A DNA stretch of 64,000 bases from IMG/VR virus record IMGVR_UViG_3300042447_000691. One strand, given 5' to 3'. Under the pieces are notes generated by a model. That model saw only the letters and a list, made by a program, of their open reading frames with translations, had not been told where the DNA came from and searched no databases. A program made the translations under genes and the position numbers. Source of the stretch: a virus. Below are positions 20,982-30,463 of this stretch, piece after piece; positions within the stretch are counted from its first letter, which is position 1, and each line of letters begins with the position of its first letter.

Positions 20982-21587
20982 ATGGCAAACAAAACTGATT
21001 TTAAAAACTCACCAAAGGTGTTAGGGTTAGATATTTCAACAAAAACTATAGGTTGGTGCCTATTTGATATTCAAACACGAGAATTGTTAGAACTAACACA
21101 TTTCTCACCCGTTATCAAACCAAAAGTTGAGGATAAAATACAAGAATTATTGATGAAAGTGACCATGTTTGAAGAAAAATTGGTTAATTATAAAAATCTT
21201 GGAATAACTAGTGTTATAATAGAAGAACCATTATTAAACTCAAACAATGTTTGGACAGTAGGTACTTTATTACGGTATAACTCAATGATTACGAAGTCAA
21301 TTTACGACACTTTAGGTATCGTACCATCATACATATCAACATACAACTCAAGAAAATATGCTTGGCCTGATTTAGTTATGCCAAACGATAAAGGTAAACA
21401 CGTATTGTTTGGTGGACTACCAAAAGACATAGATAAAAAAGATTTAATTTGGAGGAAAGTTTCAGATAAAGAACCACAAATAACTTGGTTATATACACGG
21501 AACAATACACTTAAAAAAGAGTGTTATGATATGTCCGATTCATATACTTGTGTTCTTGGTTATATGAATCAAGAAAAGATTTGGTAA
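20982..21587 (+). CDS. RuvC-like Holliday junction resolvase (RNase H fold)
   Basis: VLGLDISTKTIGW, IIEEP and DMSDSY give the D-E-D-D catalytic layout. Confidence 0.75.
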   Translation: MANKTDFKNSPKVLGLDISTKTIGWCLFDIQTRELLELTHFSPVIKPKVEDKIQELLMKVTMFEEKLVNYKNLGITSVIIEEPLLNSNNVWTVGTLLRYNSMITKSIYDTLGIVPSYISTYNSRKYAWPDLVMPNDKGKHVLFGGLPKDIDKKDLIWRKVSDKEPQITWLYTRNNTLKKECYDMSDSYTCVLGYMNQEKIW

Positions 21588-21627
21588 CTTTTTTTAATTA
21601 GGTGATATTTATATATAAATTAAAAAT

Positions 21628-22071
21628 ATGAAAAGACTTGTAAGATTATCCGAATCGGATTTAGCGAGAATAGTTAAAAGAGTTATTAAAGAGTCTAAAA
21701 TCGAAACACAAGCCGAAGGTATTTTCGATTACTTCAGTAAAGGAAATGAAGATGATGAAGTTGGTAATGAATTACTATCTGCTATTAAAAATGGTGAAGC
21801 GGAAAACATTGAAGAACTAAAACCTACTGGTGATTATGCTAAATTTATTGGGTTTAAATTTGATATTGATGACCATAAATTTATTGTGAAAAATATACTT
21901 AACCATTTTGATTTTATTAATGAATATTTTTTATCTATTGATGGACAAGAATTAAAGGTAAGTAAAGGTACAATAAAAAAAATAATCAGAGAATTAGAAC
22001 CAATTACGGGTAAATACAAATCTGATGTAAAATCGTCAATCATATCATCATTTAAAGGACGAAAAATATAA
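21628..22071 (+). CDS. leader-family (RLSESDLARIVKRVIKE) late protein
   Basis: N-terminal motif shared with 62998 and 63506. Late motif at 21606. Confidence 0.7.
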   Translation: MKRLVRLSESDLARIVKRVIKESKIETQAEGIFDYFSKGNEDDEVGNELLSAIKNGEAENIEELKPTGDYAKFIGFKFDIDDHKFIVKNILNHFDFINEYFLSIDGQELKVSKGTIKKIIRELEPITGKYKSDVKSSIISSFKGRKI

Positions 22072-22096
22072 AATAAATTCTATATTAGATCAATAT

Positions 22097-22124
22097 AAAC
22101 CCACCCCATAAAGGTGGGTTTTTT
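22097..22124 (+). terminator. intrinsic terminator
   Basis: aaacccacc-ccataaa-ggtgggttt followed by a T run. Confidence 0.8.
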
Positions 22125-22129
22125 ATTGT

Positions 22130-22158
22130 TTGACAAAACCGATTCATATACTTATCTT
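22130..22158 (+). promoter_or_regulatory. sigma70-type promoter TTGACA-N17-TATCTT
   Basis: Directly upstream of the primase ATG at 22159. Confidence 0.55.
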
Positions 22159-23085
22159 ATGTTTATGGATGATGAATCACTTTTGATAGATTTAATAATG
22201 ACGATGTTTGGTGAACCAAAAAGCATCAACGAATATTCAGGACAAATATCCGTTGATTGTCCGGTTTGTTCGTATGATATTAAAGCGTTATCAAAAACTG
22301 ACGGAAAGGGTAATCTTGAAATAAATTACCAAAACCACGTTTATAAATGTTGGGCATGTTCAGAAACTCACGACACTCACGGACACTTAGGTAAGTTAAT
22401 TGATAAATACGGATCAAAAAAAGACAAAAAAACCTACAAGTTAATCAGACCAGATAAGTTTGAAAAGAAAGAAAAGGTATTTAAAGAGTTAGAACTACCA
22501 AAAGAGTATAAGAAGTTTGAAGAAATCCACCCCCTACATATACCAAGAAAAGAAGCTTTTAACTACCTCAAAAAACGAGGAATAACACAAGAAATAATAG
22601 ATAAATACCAAATCGGAATTTGTATTGAAGGAGAATACTCCGGAAGAATAATAGTCCCATCGTTTAATAAAAAAGGTGATCTAAACTTCTTCGTTTCTAG
22701 ATCTTGGGATCCCAAATCAAGACTTAAATATAAAAACCCCGAAGCTGCGAAGGACTTTTTGATTTTTAATGAAAGTTTGGTTGATTTTAAAAAAGACATC
22801 TATATTGTTGAAGGTGTTTTTGACTCATTCTTTTTGGATAACTCAATAGCATTACTTGGAAAGTACATCAACGACAATATGTGGGAAAAACTATATACCA
22901 AAGCAAAAAAAGATATTATTATCTGTTTGGATGGTGATGCTTATGATGACGCAAAAAAACTATACGATAAACTAAACGGAGGTGCTCTCTACAATAGAAT
23001 AAAACTTGTCAAACTACCAAAAGATAAAGATGTTTGTGATTTAAGAGGTGATATTACTCCGTATTATATACAAGAAAAAAAATGA
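22159..23085 (+). CDS. dnaG: DNA primase (Zn finger + TOPRIM)
   Basis: CPVC...CWAC zinc ribbon; IYIVEGVFDSF and ICLDGDA TOPRIM motifs. Start refined from GTG 22114. Confidence 0.85.
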   Translation: MFMDDESLLIDLIMTMFGEPKSINEYSGQISVDCPVCSYDIKALSKTDGKGNLEINYQNHVYKCWACSETHDTHGHLGKLIDKYGSKKDKKTYKLIRPDKFEKKEKVFKELELPKEYKKFEEIHPLHIPRKEAFNYLKKRGITQEIIDKYQIGICIEGEYSGRIIVPSFNKKGDLNFFVSRSWDPKSRLKYKNPEAAKDFLIFNESLVDFKKDIYIVEGVFDSFFLDNSIALLGKYINDNMWEKLYTKAKKDIIICLDGDAYDDAKKLYDKLNGGALYNRIKLVKLPKDKDVCDLRGDITPYYIQEKK

Positions 23086-23957
23086 ATTTAAAAGAAATAG
23101 CAAAAGTTGCGGAAGATATAAGGAATGTCTTATCAATAAGACGAAATGAGTTAAATTTATCTTTTGAAGAAGAAGGTCACGAATATACTATGATGGATGT
23201 TGATGGAAAAATTAAAAAAGATTTTCCATCGGTTTCAAAAGTAATGAAATTATTTTATGATGAATTTCCTACTGAGGAGGCGGCAAGAGCAAAGGCGAAG
23301 GGAGATCCTTATGTGATGCAAACATTACTAGCTGAATGGGAAGAGATGGGTAAGATATCCACAAATATGGGTAGCCGGGTTCACTACGAATTAGAGATTG
23401 AAACCTTAAAAAGGTGTGGACTTAATAAAGAGGTAAGGCAACCGATATATGAGTGCGATATGGAAATGATTATGAAAGGTGATCGTATGATTAGGGCTGG
23501 ATATAATTTTTTAAAACTAATGGAAGAAAGGGGTGCGGTGTTAATTGATACGGAAATAGTATTAGGAGACCCCGAACTGGGTTATGTTGGTCAGGGAGAT
23601 ACTTGTTGGTTAATTATGAATAAAAGTAAAACCGGATATGGATTTATTATTACTGACTATAAATCAAACAAAAAGAAAAATATGGAAACCAATAACTACA
23701 CAAAACCAATGAGAGAACCATTCAAACACTTACCAAACAACGCTCTTGGACACTATAACACACAGTTACCATTATATGGTAAATTATTATTAAAAATGTT
23801 AAGAGGTACAAAGTACGAAAACTTACCGCTTTTAGGTTGTATTATTGTCCACCTTACAGACGAACAAGAATTTATAGAATACCGAGTATCAAAAGAAGAT
23901 ATTGACACAATATTGAAAATGGACATAAAACCAAAGTTGACAACATTAAAAAAATAA
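23082..23957 (+). CDS. PD-(D/E)XK exonuclease (Cas4/RecB-like)
   Basis: E..LGDPELGYVGQGD...ITDYKS...HYNTQLPLYG. Confidence 0.75.
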   Translation: MNLKEIAKVAEDIRNVLSIRRNELNLSFEEEGHEYTMMDVDGKIKKDFPSVSKVMKLFYDEFPTEEAARAKAKGDPYVMQTLLAEWEEMGKISTNMGSRVHYELEIETLKRCGLNKEVRQPIYECDMEMIMKGDRMIRAGYNFLKLMEERGAVLIDTEIVLGDPELGYVGQGDTCWLIMNKSKTGYGFIITDYKSNKKKNMETNNYTKPMREPFKHLPNNALGHYNTQLPLYGKLLLKMLRGTKYENLPLLGCIIVHLTDEQEFIEYRVSKEDIDTILKMDIKPKLTTLKK

Positions 23958-23965
23958 ATTATATT
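23937..23965 (+). promoter_or_regulatory. sigma70-type promoter TTGACA-N17-TATATT
   Basis: Exact 17-nt spacer, 6 nt before the ATG at 23971. Confidence 0.6.
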
Positions 23966-23970
23966 AAACT

Positions 23971-24060
23971 ATGGAAAGTACAATAACACCTATATGGTAC
24001 ACCAACACAAGTTGGGACAATACAACAATTAAAATAAACATAAATTATATTATAAAATAA
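23971..24060 (+). CDS. 29-aa micro-ORF
   Basis: MESTITPIWYTNTSWDNTTIKININYIIK; stop overlaps the next ATG (TAATG). Not in the ORF track. Confidence 0.45.
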   Translation: MESTITPIWYTNTSWDNTTIKININYIIK

Positions 24061-24272
24061 TGGACGAAATAATCAAACCAAAAATCAATCTAAAAGATCA
24101 ACCAACCGTTGAGTGTGAGAAATGTAAATCAATTTACTTTAAAGAAGTAACGATTTTGAAAAAAGTACCAAAGTTATTGACTGGTAGTCACGAAGATACG
24201 ATAGTACCCTTCCCAACTTATATGTGTAATGATTGTGGTAATATAAACGAAGACTTTAAATTATTTGATTAA
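24060..24272 (+). CDS. small zinc-ribbon protein
   Basis: CEKC...CNDC. Confidence 0.7.
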   Translation: MDEIIKPKINLKDQPTVECEKCKSIYFKEVTILKKVPKLLTGSHEDTIVPFPTYMCNDCGNINEDFKLFD

Positions 24273-24498
24273 TATGGGAAAAAAATTAGTATGGTTTGAA
24301 TCTTACACAACAATTTGTAAGTATTCTGCCGAGTTAACAGATGAAGAAGCGAAACTGTTTGAAGAAGATGAAGACAAGTTTTATGAAGAAGTTGATTTCA
24401 GAGGAGATCAAGAATTGGAGTGGGATAAAATTGAAAATGAGGATGAATACGATTTTAGTATAGAGGAGGATTTTAGTATTGAGGGGGGTTTACTATGA
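24272..24498 (+). CDS. acidic hypothetical protein
   Basis: Start refined to MGKKLVWFE. Small DFSIEE duplication near the C-terminus. Confidence 0.6.
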
Positions 24499-24728
24499 CA
24501 CACAAAGAATTTTATATTTGGTTGGAGGGGTTTATGACTAATAGATCTTGGGTAACATTTAAAGAAACGGATGTTGAAAGTATTAAAGAAAAAATGAATG
24601 AAGTTAAAGATGTTGATCCATTTTTTCCTAATCCAAGAACGACAGTTCCTTCACCATTTAATCCGGTTATTATGCCGTTAAAAAATAATGATGACCCACA
24701 TAAACCACCTTTTGATATTACTTGTTAA
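24495..24728 (+). CDS. hypothetical protein
   Basis: MTHKEFYIWLEGF; ATGA-coupled to the previous ORF. Confidence 0.6.
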   Translation: MTHKEFYIWLEGFMTNRSWVTFKETDVESIKEKMNEVKDVDPFFPNPRTTVPSPFNPVIMPLKNNDDPHKPPFDITC

Positions 24729-24744
24729 ACAAAATAAAAATTAA

Positions 24745-25524
24745 ATGATAAAAAAACTAGTACATTTTTCGGATCTTCACGTAAAATTATTTAAAGATCA
24801 CGACCAATACAGAAAGATATTGGAGAACGCGATCGACCAATGGAGAGAATTAGAACCTGATAGAATTGTTTTTACTGGTGATTTAGTTCACTCTAAAAAT
24901 CAAATGACACCTGAACTTATTGAGTTTGTTGCTTGGATATTAACTGAATGTGTAAATATTGCAAAAACAATCATTATACCTGGTAATCACGACTTTCTCA
25001 CCGGTAATATTGAAAGATTGGACGCATTAACACCTATCATTAATTCGTTAAATGACCGAAACATTCATTATTACAGGGATCGTGGTGTTTATGAAGACGA
25101 TAATATTAGTTGGTGTGTGTATTCTCAATATCAAGGAAATATCCCCCCCGACATTACCGAGGCGAAAGGAAAAAGAATTGGTTTATTTCACGGACCAATA
25201 CAAGGGATGAAAACAGATTTAGGTTTTGACTTTGGAGAAGAAGCATATGACATTGAAAAATTTAATGGACTTGAAGTCGTTTTATGTGGGGATATCCACA
25301 AAAGACAAGAATTTAAGTTCAAAACGGGGAAGGGTCATATGGTAGGATCAACAATCCAAAACAACCTTGGTGAAAGTATTACAAAACATGGGTATGGTAT
25401 TTATGATGTTGAAACAAAGGAATATAATTATGTTGATTTATTCAACCCAAAACCGTTCTTAAAATTTTCAATAAAATCTTTTGAGGATATTGAAAACGGA
25501 ACTGAAAAATTATTAAATATTTAA
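24745..25524 (+). CDS. sbcD: SbcD/Mre11/gp47-like metallophosphoesterase nuclease
   Basis: HFSDLH, FTGDLVH, IPGNHD, GLFHG and CGDIHK motifs. Confidence 0.85.
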   Translation: MIKKLVHFSDLHVKLFKDHDQYRKILENAIDQWRELEPDRIVFTGDLVHSKNQMTPELIEFVAWILTECVNIAKTIIIPGNHDFLTGNIERLDALTPIINSLNDRNIHYYRDRGVYEDDNISWCVYSQYQGNIPPDITEAKGKRIGLFHGPIQGMKTDLGFDFGEEAYDIEKFNGLEVVLCGDIHKRQEFKFKTGKGHMVGSTIQNNLGESITKHGYGIYDVETKEYNYVDLFNPKPFLKFSIKSFEDIENGTEKLLNI

Positions 25525-25569
25525 TTGATATTATTCACACTTTTTAATTTATTAGGATATTTATATTAT

Positions 25570-25731
25570 ATGGGAAGATTAAAAATAAAAGATGACGATA
25601 AAAAAACTAAAGTATCTGTCGCACTTGAACCGGAATTACTAAAATTTTATCGGTCATTACATATTAATTTATCTTCTTTGGTTAATAAATTACTTAAAGA
25701 TTATAAAGATGAAAAATACAAAAATTTGTAA
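25570..25731 (+). CDS. ribbon-helix-helix (CopG/CcdA-like) small DNA-binding protein
   Basis: KTKVSVALEPELLKFYRSLHINLSSLVNKLLKDY has the beta-alpha-alpha RHH pattern. Start refined to ATG 25570. Confidence 0.6.
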   Translation: MGRLKIKDDDKKTKVSVALEPELLKFYRSLHINLSSLVNKLLKDYKDEKYKNL

Positions 25732-26335
25732 TGTTTGTGGAAATCAAAAAATGTTAAATGAATTTCATTTAAGACCCGATTCAAAAGACGGTTTAAGAAA
25801 TGAATGTAAAAGTTGTACTAGAAATCGGGTTAACAATTACCGAAAGATAAATAAAGAAAAAACCAATAATTGGAATAAATCAACTTATCACAGAAACATT
25901 GAAAAACACAAAGAAACTAAAAAAAAATATAGAGATAAAACCAAAGAAGAACAAAAAAAACGAGCTAAAAAATATAGAGAAAATAATAAAGAAAAAATAA
26001 ACAATTACTCTAAAAATAGAAAAAAATACGACATTGAATTTAAAATAAGATGTAATGTTAGGAGTAGGGTGAAAAATTTTTTAAAAAGTAAAAATATAAA
26101 AAATAATAATACAACTTTTAAAATTGTTGGATGTGAACCATCAAAATTGAAAGAACATCTTGAAAAACAATTTAAGGATGGGATGAGTTGGGAAAATTAC
26201 GGATTGAACGGGTGGCATATTGACCATATAATACCATTAATAAGTGGTATTACCGAAAATGAAATATATCAATTATGTCATTTTACAAACTTACAACCTT
26301 TATGGTGGTATGAAAATTTAGAAAAAAGATATTGA
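25709..26335 (+). CDS. free-standing HNH homing endonuclease
   Basis: N-terminal CNVC...CKSC, Lys-rich linker, GMSWENYG..WHIDHIIP...CHFTNLQPLW..EN. Confidence 0.8.
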   Translation: MKNTKICNVCGNQKMLNEFHLRPDSKDGLRNECKSCTRNRVNNYRKINKEKTNNWNKSTYHRNIEKHKETKKKYRDKTKEEQKKRAKKYRENNKEKINNYSKNRKKYDIEFKIRCNVRSRVKNFLKSKNIKNNNTTFKIVGCEPSKLKEHLEKQFKDGMSWENYGLNGWHIDHIIPLISGITENEIYQLCHFTNLQPLWWYENLEKRY

Positions 26336-26913
26336 AAATGGAACCGAAGTACTCAGAAATATTTAATAAAACCATTTTAAAATCGGTATCTGAATATTGT
26401 AAACTAAACAGTGTTGAAGATGTTGATGGGTTTATTAAAAAATGTTTTGACACCGGATTTAATATTCAGAAATACGGACTTTTAGGAAAAACGGGTATTG
26501 TTGGTGAAAAACAGGTAGAAATTGAGGTAATCCGTGAAATACGGGTGGAAGTACCGGTTGAAGTGATTAAAGAAGTTGAAAAAATTGTCACAAAAATAGA
26601 ATATATTAGTGACAAAACAGGTGAAAACGAACTGTTAAGTAAAATTGAACAGTTGGAAGACGAAATGTCTAAAAAGGATAAAGAATTAGACGAAGTTAGA
26701 CGTAATTTAGACGTAAACTTAGACATTACCGTAACAAATGATAAGGTAAAAATGTTACAAACAACCATTCAAAACCTTACTTCGGAGGTTAGAGAATTAA
26801 AAAAGAAAAACGAAGAATTAGAAAAACAATTGTTAGACATACCAAAACAACTTGGCGATATTCCCGCCAAGTTCCACGGTAGTTCTAACCTAAACGATGA
26901 TTTATACAAATAA
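26332..26913 (+). CDS. coiled-coil protein with VEVIKEV repeats
   Basis: IEVIREIRVEVPVEVIKEVEKIV followed by heptad coiled coil. Confidence 0.6.
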   Translation: MKMEPKYSEIFNKTILKSVSEYCKLNSVEDVDGFIKKCFDTGFNIQKYGLLGKTGIVGEKQVEIEVIREIRVEVPVEVIKEVEKIVTKIEYISDKTGENELLSKIEQLEDEMSKKDKELDEVRRNLDVNLDITVTNDKVKMLQTTIQNLTSEVRELKKKNEELEKQLLDIPKQLGDIPAKFHGSSNLNDDLYK

Positions 26914-26914
26914 T

Positions 26915-27265
26915 ATGAACTTAGTAATTTGGGCAATGGTTGCCTACGGAATGACAAACATTTTGGTCTACGGATCAATTTTTAACGGATTTAGACAATC
27001 CATTCACAATTGGGGTAACGACCCATTATCCCCCTTCAACTTCTTAGGTAAGTTCTTATCAGGACTAATCTCTTGTGTTTTATGTACTGGAACGTGGATT
27101 GGTTTTTTCCTATCATTAACTTATTTCTCACCAAATGTTGATATTATTGGACTTAACAAATTTTTATCAGTATTCTTTGATGGTATGTTATCTGCCGGTT
27201 TAGTATGGGCGATAAATGCGGTGATAGAATGGTTTGAAGAAAATAGACCGAGTAATAATAAATAA
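26915..27265 (+). CDS. DUF1360-like membrane protein
   Basis: Hydrophobic helices with LISCVLCTGTWIG (CxxCxxxW). Start refined to ATG 26915. Confidence 0.6.
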   Translation: MNLVIWAMVAYGMTNILVYGSIFNGFRQSIHNWGNDPLSPFNFLGKFLSGLISCVLCTGTWIGFFLSLTYFSPNVDIIGLNKFLSVFFDGMLSAGLVWAINAVIEWFEENRPSNNK

Positions 27266-27279
27266 AACAAAACAAAAAA

Positions 27280-27534
27280 ATGGGAAAAGCAGCAAAGGCT
27301 CATAGAGCGAAAGTGGCGAAAAGAAACGTCAATGTTAAAGTACAAGAAAAGAGAATGCAAAAAGTTTGGCAAGAGGCTTTTGAAGAACAAATGAATGTTA
27401 TGAAAGAGAAATTTGCAGCAATGTCGGGCGATACGATGTCAGGATTAACAGGATTATTTGGAGATGAGCAAGAAGAAACAATACAGGAAGAATCCGAACC
27501 AGCAGAACCTATTTCAGGAGATCAAACCGTTTAA
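27280..27534 (+). CDS. hypothetical protein, basic N-terminus and acidic C-terminus
   Basis: MGKAAKAHRAKVAKRN...; A-rich start context. Confidence 0.6.
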   Translation: MGKAAKAHRAKVAKRNVNVKVQEKRMQKVWQEAFEEQMNVMKEKFAAMSGDTMSGLTGLFGDEQEETIQEESEPAEPISGDQTV

Positions 27535-27544
27535 TTATACAACA

Positions 27545-29878
27545 ATGACAAAAGAAATAGACTTTTCAAAGTTTGAAAACCCCAACATCCAAGTTGTGTG
27601 GGAAGATTACAATGAAAATTTTACTCAAGACAGGATCAAAAGTGTTAAACACTATTTTCAAAAAAAATATAACACAACTAATGTAAACGTCATAACAAAG
27701 GCTAAAGTTCAGAAAGAAGACGGAGAACAAACGGTAGATGTGTCTGTAAATATTATGGACACAAACTACCAAGTAGAACTACTTAAACAGTTTCTAACAA
27801 GTAAAAATTACGACAAACACTTGGATGAGATTTTGAATCATAATAAAATGGTTGAAAATAAAATGCAAGAAACTGAAACGGATAGTGCGGTGTTTAAAAA
27901 GTGGTATATTAAAAATATTGAGTTTTCAAACTTCCTTTCATATGGAGAGAACCAAGTCGTTGATTTTGAAAAAAGTAATGGACTAACGGTTATTGAGTCT
28001 AATCCACCAAACTTCGGTGGTAAAACTGTATTGTCAGTGGATCTATTATTGTTTTTATTCTTTAACGAAACAACAAAAACAACAAAAGCGGAAGAGATAT
28101 TTAACCGGTTTACAGATAAAGATAAAGTGACTGTTAAGGGTGAAATCATCATCGACGGTGAGGAATACATCATCGTAAGAAACATTGAAAGAAAGTTATC
28201 CAAAAAAGGTGAATGGAACGTTAAAACGGAATTGGACTTCTTTAAAAAAATGGCTGATGGAACCTTACAAAACTTTACCGGAGAACAAAGAAGAGAAACG
28301 GAAAAATTCATTAAAGATTCGATCGGAACAAAAGAAGACTTCTTAATGACAATCCTTACAACGGCAACGAACCTTGAAGAATTAATAGACTCCAAACCAA
28401 CGGCAAGAGGTCAGGTACTTTCGCGTTTTATGGGTCTTGATTTTTTAAGAAGAAAAGAGGACGCAGCAAAGTCAATCTATTCTGATTTTTCAAAATCAAT
28501 GTTATCAAACATCTATAACACAGAACAGTTAAAAACGGATAACGAAAATAACGAAACAAAAATCACCGAATTGAGAGATAATCTCAAAACGTACAAAGAT
28601 GATCTTAAAACCATCGAAGAAAACATCGTAAAGGGTAAGGACTATCGAGACGATATGTTAAGAAAAAAACATACCGACATTGATGTTGAAATAAGTAGAT
28701 TAAACCCAAGTCAAGTTAGACAAGAAATTGAAAATCACGAGTACCAGGTTGAACAAACAAAAACGAAACTTAATGAACTTAACGTCGTTGAACCAAAAGA
28801 GTACTACAAAGAGGATGAGCACGATAAGGTAAAAGAAGAATATAATGTTGCGTTTAAAGAGAAAGTTCAGTTGGATACAAAAATCTCTGAGATTGAGAAA
28901 TTAAGATCTTCTGTTAAAGACGGGATCAAATGTGAGCACTGCGGAATTGACTTGATGAATGCTAGTATTACACAACAAAAAATATCTGAACTTGATGGTT
29001 ATATTAGTCAAAAAGGGGAAAAAGAGGGGTTAATGACTGTTTTAACAAGCAAAGAAAAAAGATTTGTTGATATTAAAAGACAATTTGATGAGTATGAGAA
29101 AAACAAACTAATCAAAGAAAAACACGAAGCAACAATTGAGAACTATCAGTTGAAAATAGGTGGACTTCAGACAAAACTTACAGAATATGATAAGATGTTG
29201 GATAAAATCAAGGCTAACGAACATATCGATACGATGTTGATCAAAGCGAATATGAGGTTGGAAGATTTGGATAGACAAAAAACTCAAAAACAAAATCAGA
29301 TTAATAATGATGAGTATTCAATTAAAACGTTAGAAGAAAAAATCAAAACAAACCTGAATAACATTATTAAAATTGCTGAAGAACAAGAAAAAGAAAAAAT
29401 ATATAAGATTTTCTTGGAAGCATACGGTAAAAACGGAATCTCAAAGATCATTATGAAAACAATGATTCCACTTATTAATTCGGAACTTCAAAGATTGATG
29501 GAGGAGAGTGCGTATTTCAAACTACAAATACAAATCAACGATAAAAATGAGGTTGAGTTTAATATGATTGATAACGGAACGGGTATTGAAAAACTTATGG
29601 CTTCGGGATCAGGGTATGAAAGAACAATAGCGTCATTGGCATTAAGATCGGTATTAAGTAAGATATGTAGTTTGCCAAAACCAAATATTGTAGTTTTTGA
29701 TGAAATATTTGGTAAGATCTCAAATGATAATTTGGAGATGGTGCATAGTTTCTTTGTTGCCATTAAAGACTTCTTTCCTACCATTTTACTTATCAGTCAT
29801 AACCCGATAGTGAATAATTGGGGGGATAACACAATAAAAATCGTAAAAGAGGACAATATTTCAAAAGTTTTTCAGTAA
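27545..29878 (+). CDS. sbcC: SbcC/Rad50/gp46-like SMC ATPase with N-terminal extension
   Basis: IKNIEFSNFLSYG, Walker A NFGGKT, CEHC zinc hook, signature SGSGYE, Walker B VVFDEIFG, H-loop LISH. Start refined to ATG 27545. Confidence 0.9.
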   Translation: MTKEIDFSKFENPNIQVVWEDYNENFTQDRIKSVKHYFQKKYNTTNVNVITKAKVQKEDGEQTVDVSVNIMDTNYQVELLKQFLTSKNYDKHLDEILNHNKMVENKMQETETDSAVFKKWYIKNIEFSNFLSYGENQVVDFEKSNGLTVIESNPPNFGGKTVLSVDLLLFLFFNETTKTTKAEEIFNRFTDKDKVTVKGEIIIDGEEYIIVRNIERKLSKKGEWNVKTELDFFKKMADGTLQNFTGEQRRETEKFIKDSIGTKEDFLMTILTTATNLEELIDSKPTARGQVLSRFMGLDFLRRKEDAAKSIYSDFSKSMLSNIYNTEQLKTDNENNETKITELRDNLKTYKDDLKTIEENIVKGKDYRDDMLRKKHTDIDVEISRLNPSQVRQEIENHEYQVEQTKTKLNELNVVEPKEYYKEDEHDKVKEEYNVAFKEKVQLDTKISEIEKLRSSVKDGIKCEHCGIDLMNASITQQKISELDGYISQKGEKEGLMTVLTSKEKRFVDIKRQFDEYEKNKLIKEKHEATIENYQLKIGGLQTKLTEYDKMLDKIKANEHIDTMLIKANMRLEDLDRQKTQKQNQINNDEYSIKTLEEKIKTNLNNIIKIAEEQEKEKIYKIFLEAYGKNGISKIIMKTMIPLINSELQRLMEESAYFKLQIQINDKNEVEFNMIDNGTGIEKLMASGSGYERTIASLALRSVLSKICSLPKPNIVVFDEIFGKISNDNLEMVHSFFVAIKDFFPTILLISHNPIVNNWGDNTIKIVKEDNISKVFQ

Positions 29879-29905
29879 AAGTGAAACCAATTTGAATTTT
29901 ATACG

Positions 29906-29913
29906 TATCTTTG
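29906..29913 (+). promoter_or_regulatory. Bacteroidota housekeeping-type promoter -7 element (TATCTTTG)
   Basis: TAnnTTTG also at 32787, 34230, 43407, 45715, 56136, 56381, 57411, 57849 and 61189, most with (T/C)TTG 19-21 nt upstream. Confidence 0.7.
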
Positions 29914-29917
29914 TAAT

Positions 29918-30451
29918 ATGAGAACAAAAGAAGAGTGGGAAAACAGATATCAGTGCGTTAAAAGACTTATGTCTGTTATGGATACACTTTCTGAAGATTT
30001 TGAAGGTAACGATAGAATTTTAGAAACATGTGCAACCATGTTAAGAAATCCCGTTATATTTGATAATAATGTTAAGGTAGTCAAAACAAGGCTACCTTAT
30101 TCTATTGAAAATATGAATCAAGAAACTGAGGACCATTTAATTGGTATTAGTAACATTGTATTATACATATACAAAAGAAAGTTACATAATAAGTGGAATA
30201 ATGTTGAAGACTTTAAAAAAACATTAAAGGCGTTGAATGTATTATTACCGATAGAAAAAAGTTTGAATAATAGTAAAGTTTTTAAACACCAGTGGAGTTT
30301 TAGTTATGATGATATTGAATCATGTATTATGTGGGACAAAAAATTGGAGTCCGTAGGTATAACAGAATTGATATGTGACGAAACAAATGAAAAGGTTTCT
30401 GTAACAAAAATTAGAGAGACTTGGTATAAAGAAAACGAAGAATATTTATAA
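29918..30451 (+). CDS. hypothetical protein
   Basis: 177-aa ORF after a host-type promoter, upstream of the R-M gene. No recognised motif. Confidence 0.6.
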   Translation: MRTKEEWENRYQCVKRLMSVMDTLSEDFEGNDRILETCATMLRNPVIFDNNVKVVKTRLPYSIENMNQETEDHLIGISNIVLYIYKRKLHNKWNNVEDFKKTLKALNVLLPIEKSLNNSKVFKHQWSFSYDDIESCIMWDKKLESVGITELICDETNEKVSVTKIRETWYKENEEYL

Positions 30452-30463
30452 AAAATAATTAGA

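Noticed and set aside
23082-23957. Cas4 as part of a CRISPR adaptation module
   Set aside because: No Fe-S cysteine cluster, and it sits in a primase/recombination context, so a generic phage exonuclease is more likely.
24451-24486. 18-bp duplication (DFSIEE x2) at the end of a small gene
   Set aside because: Single short duplication with no sign of function.
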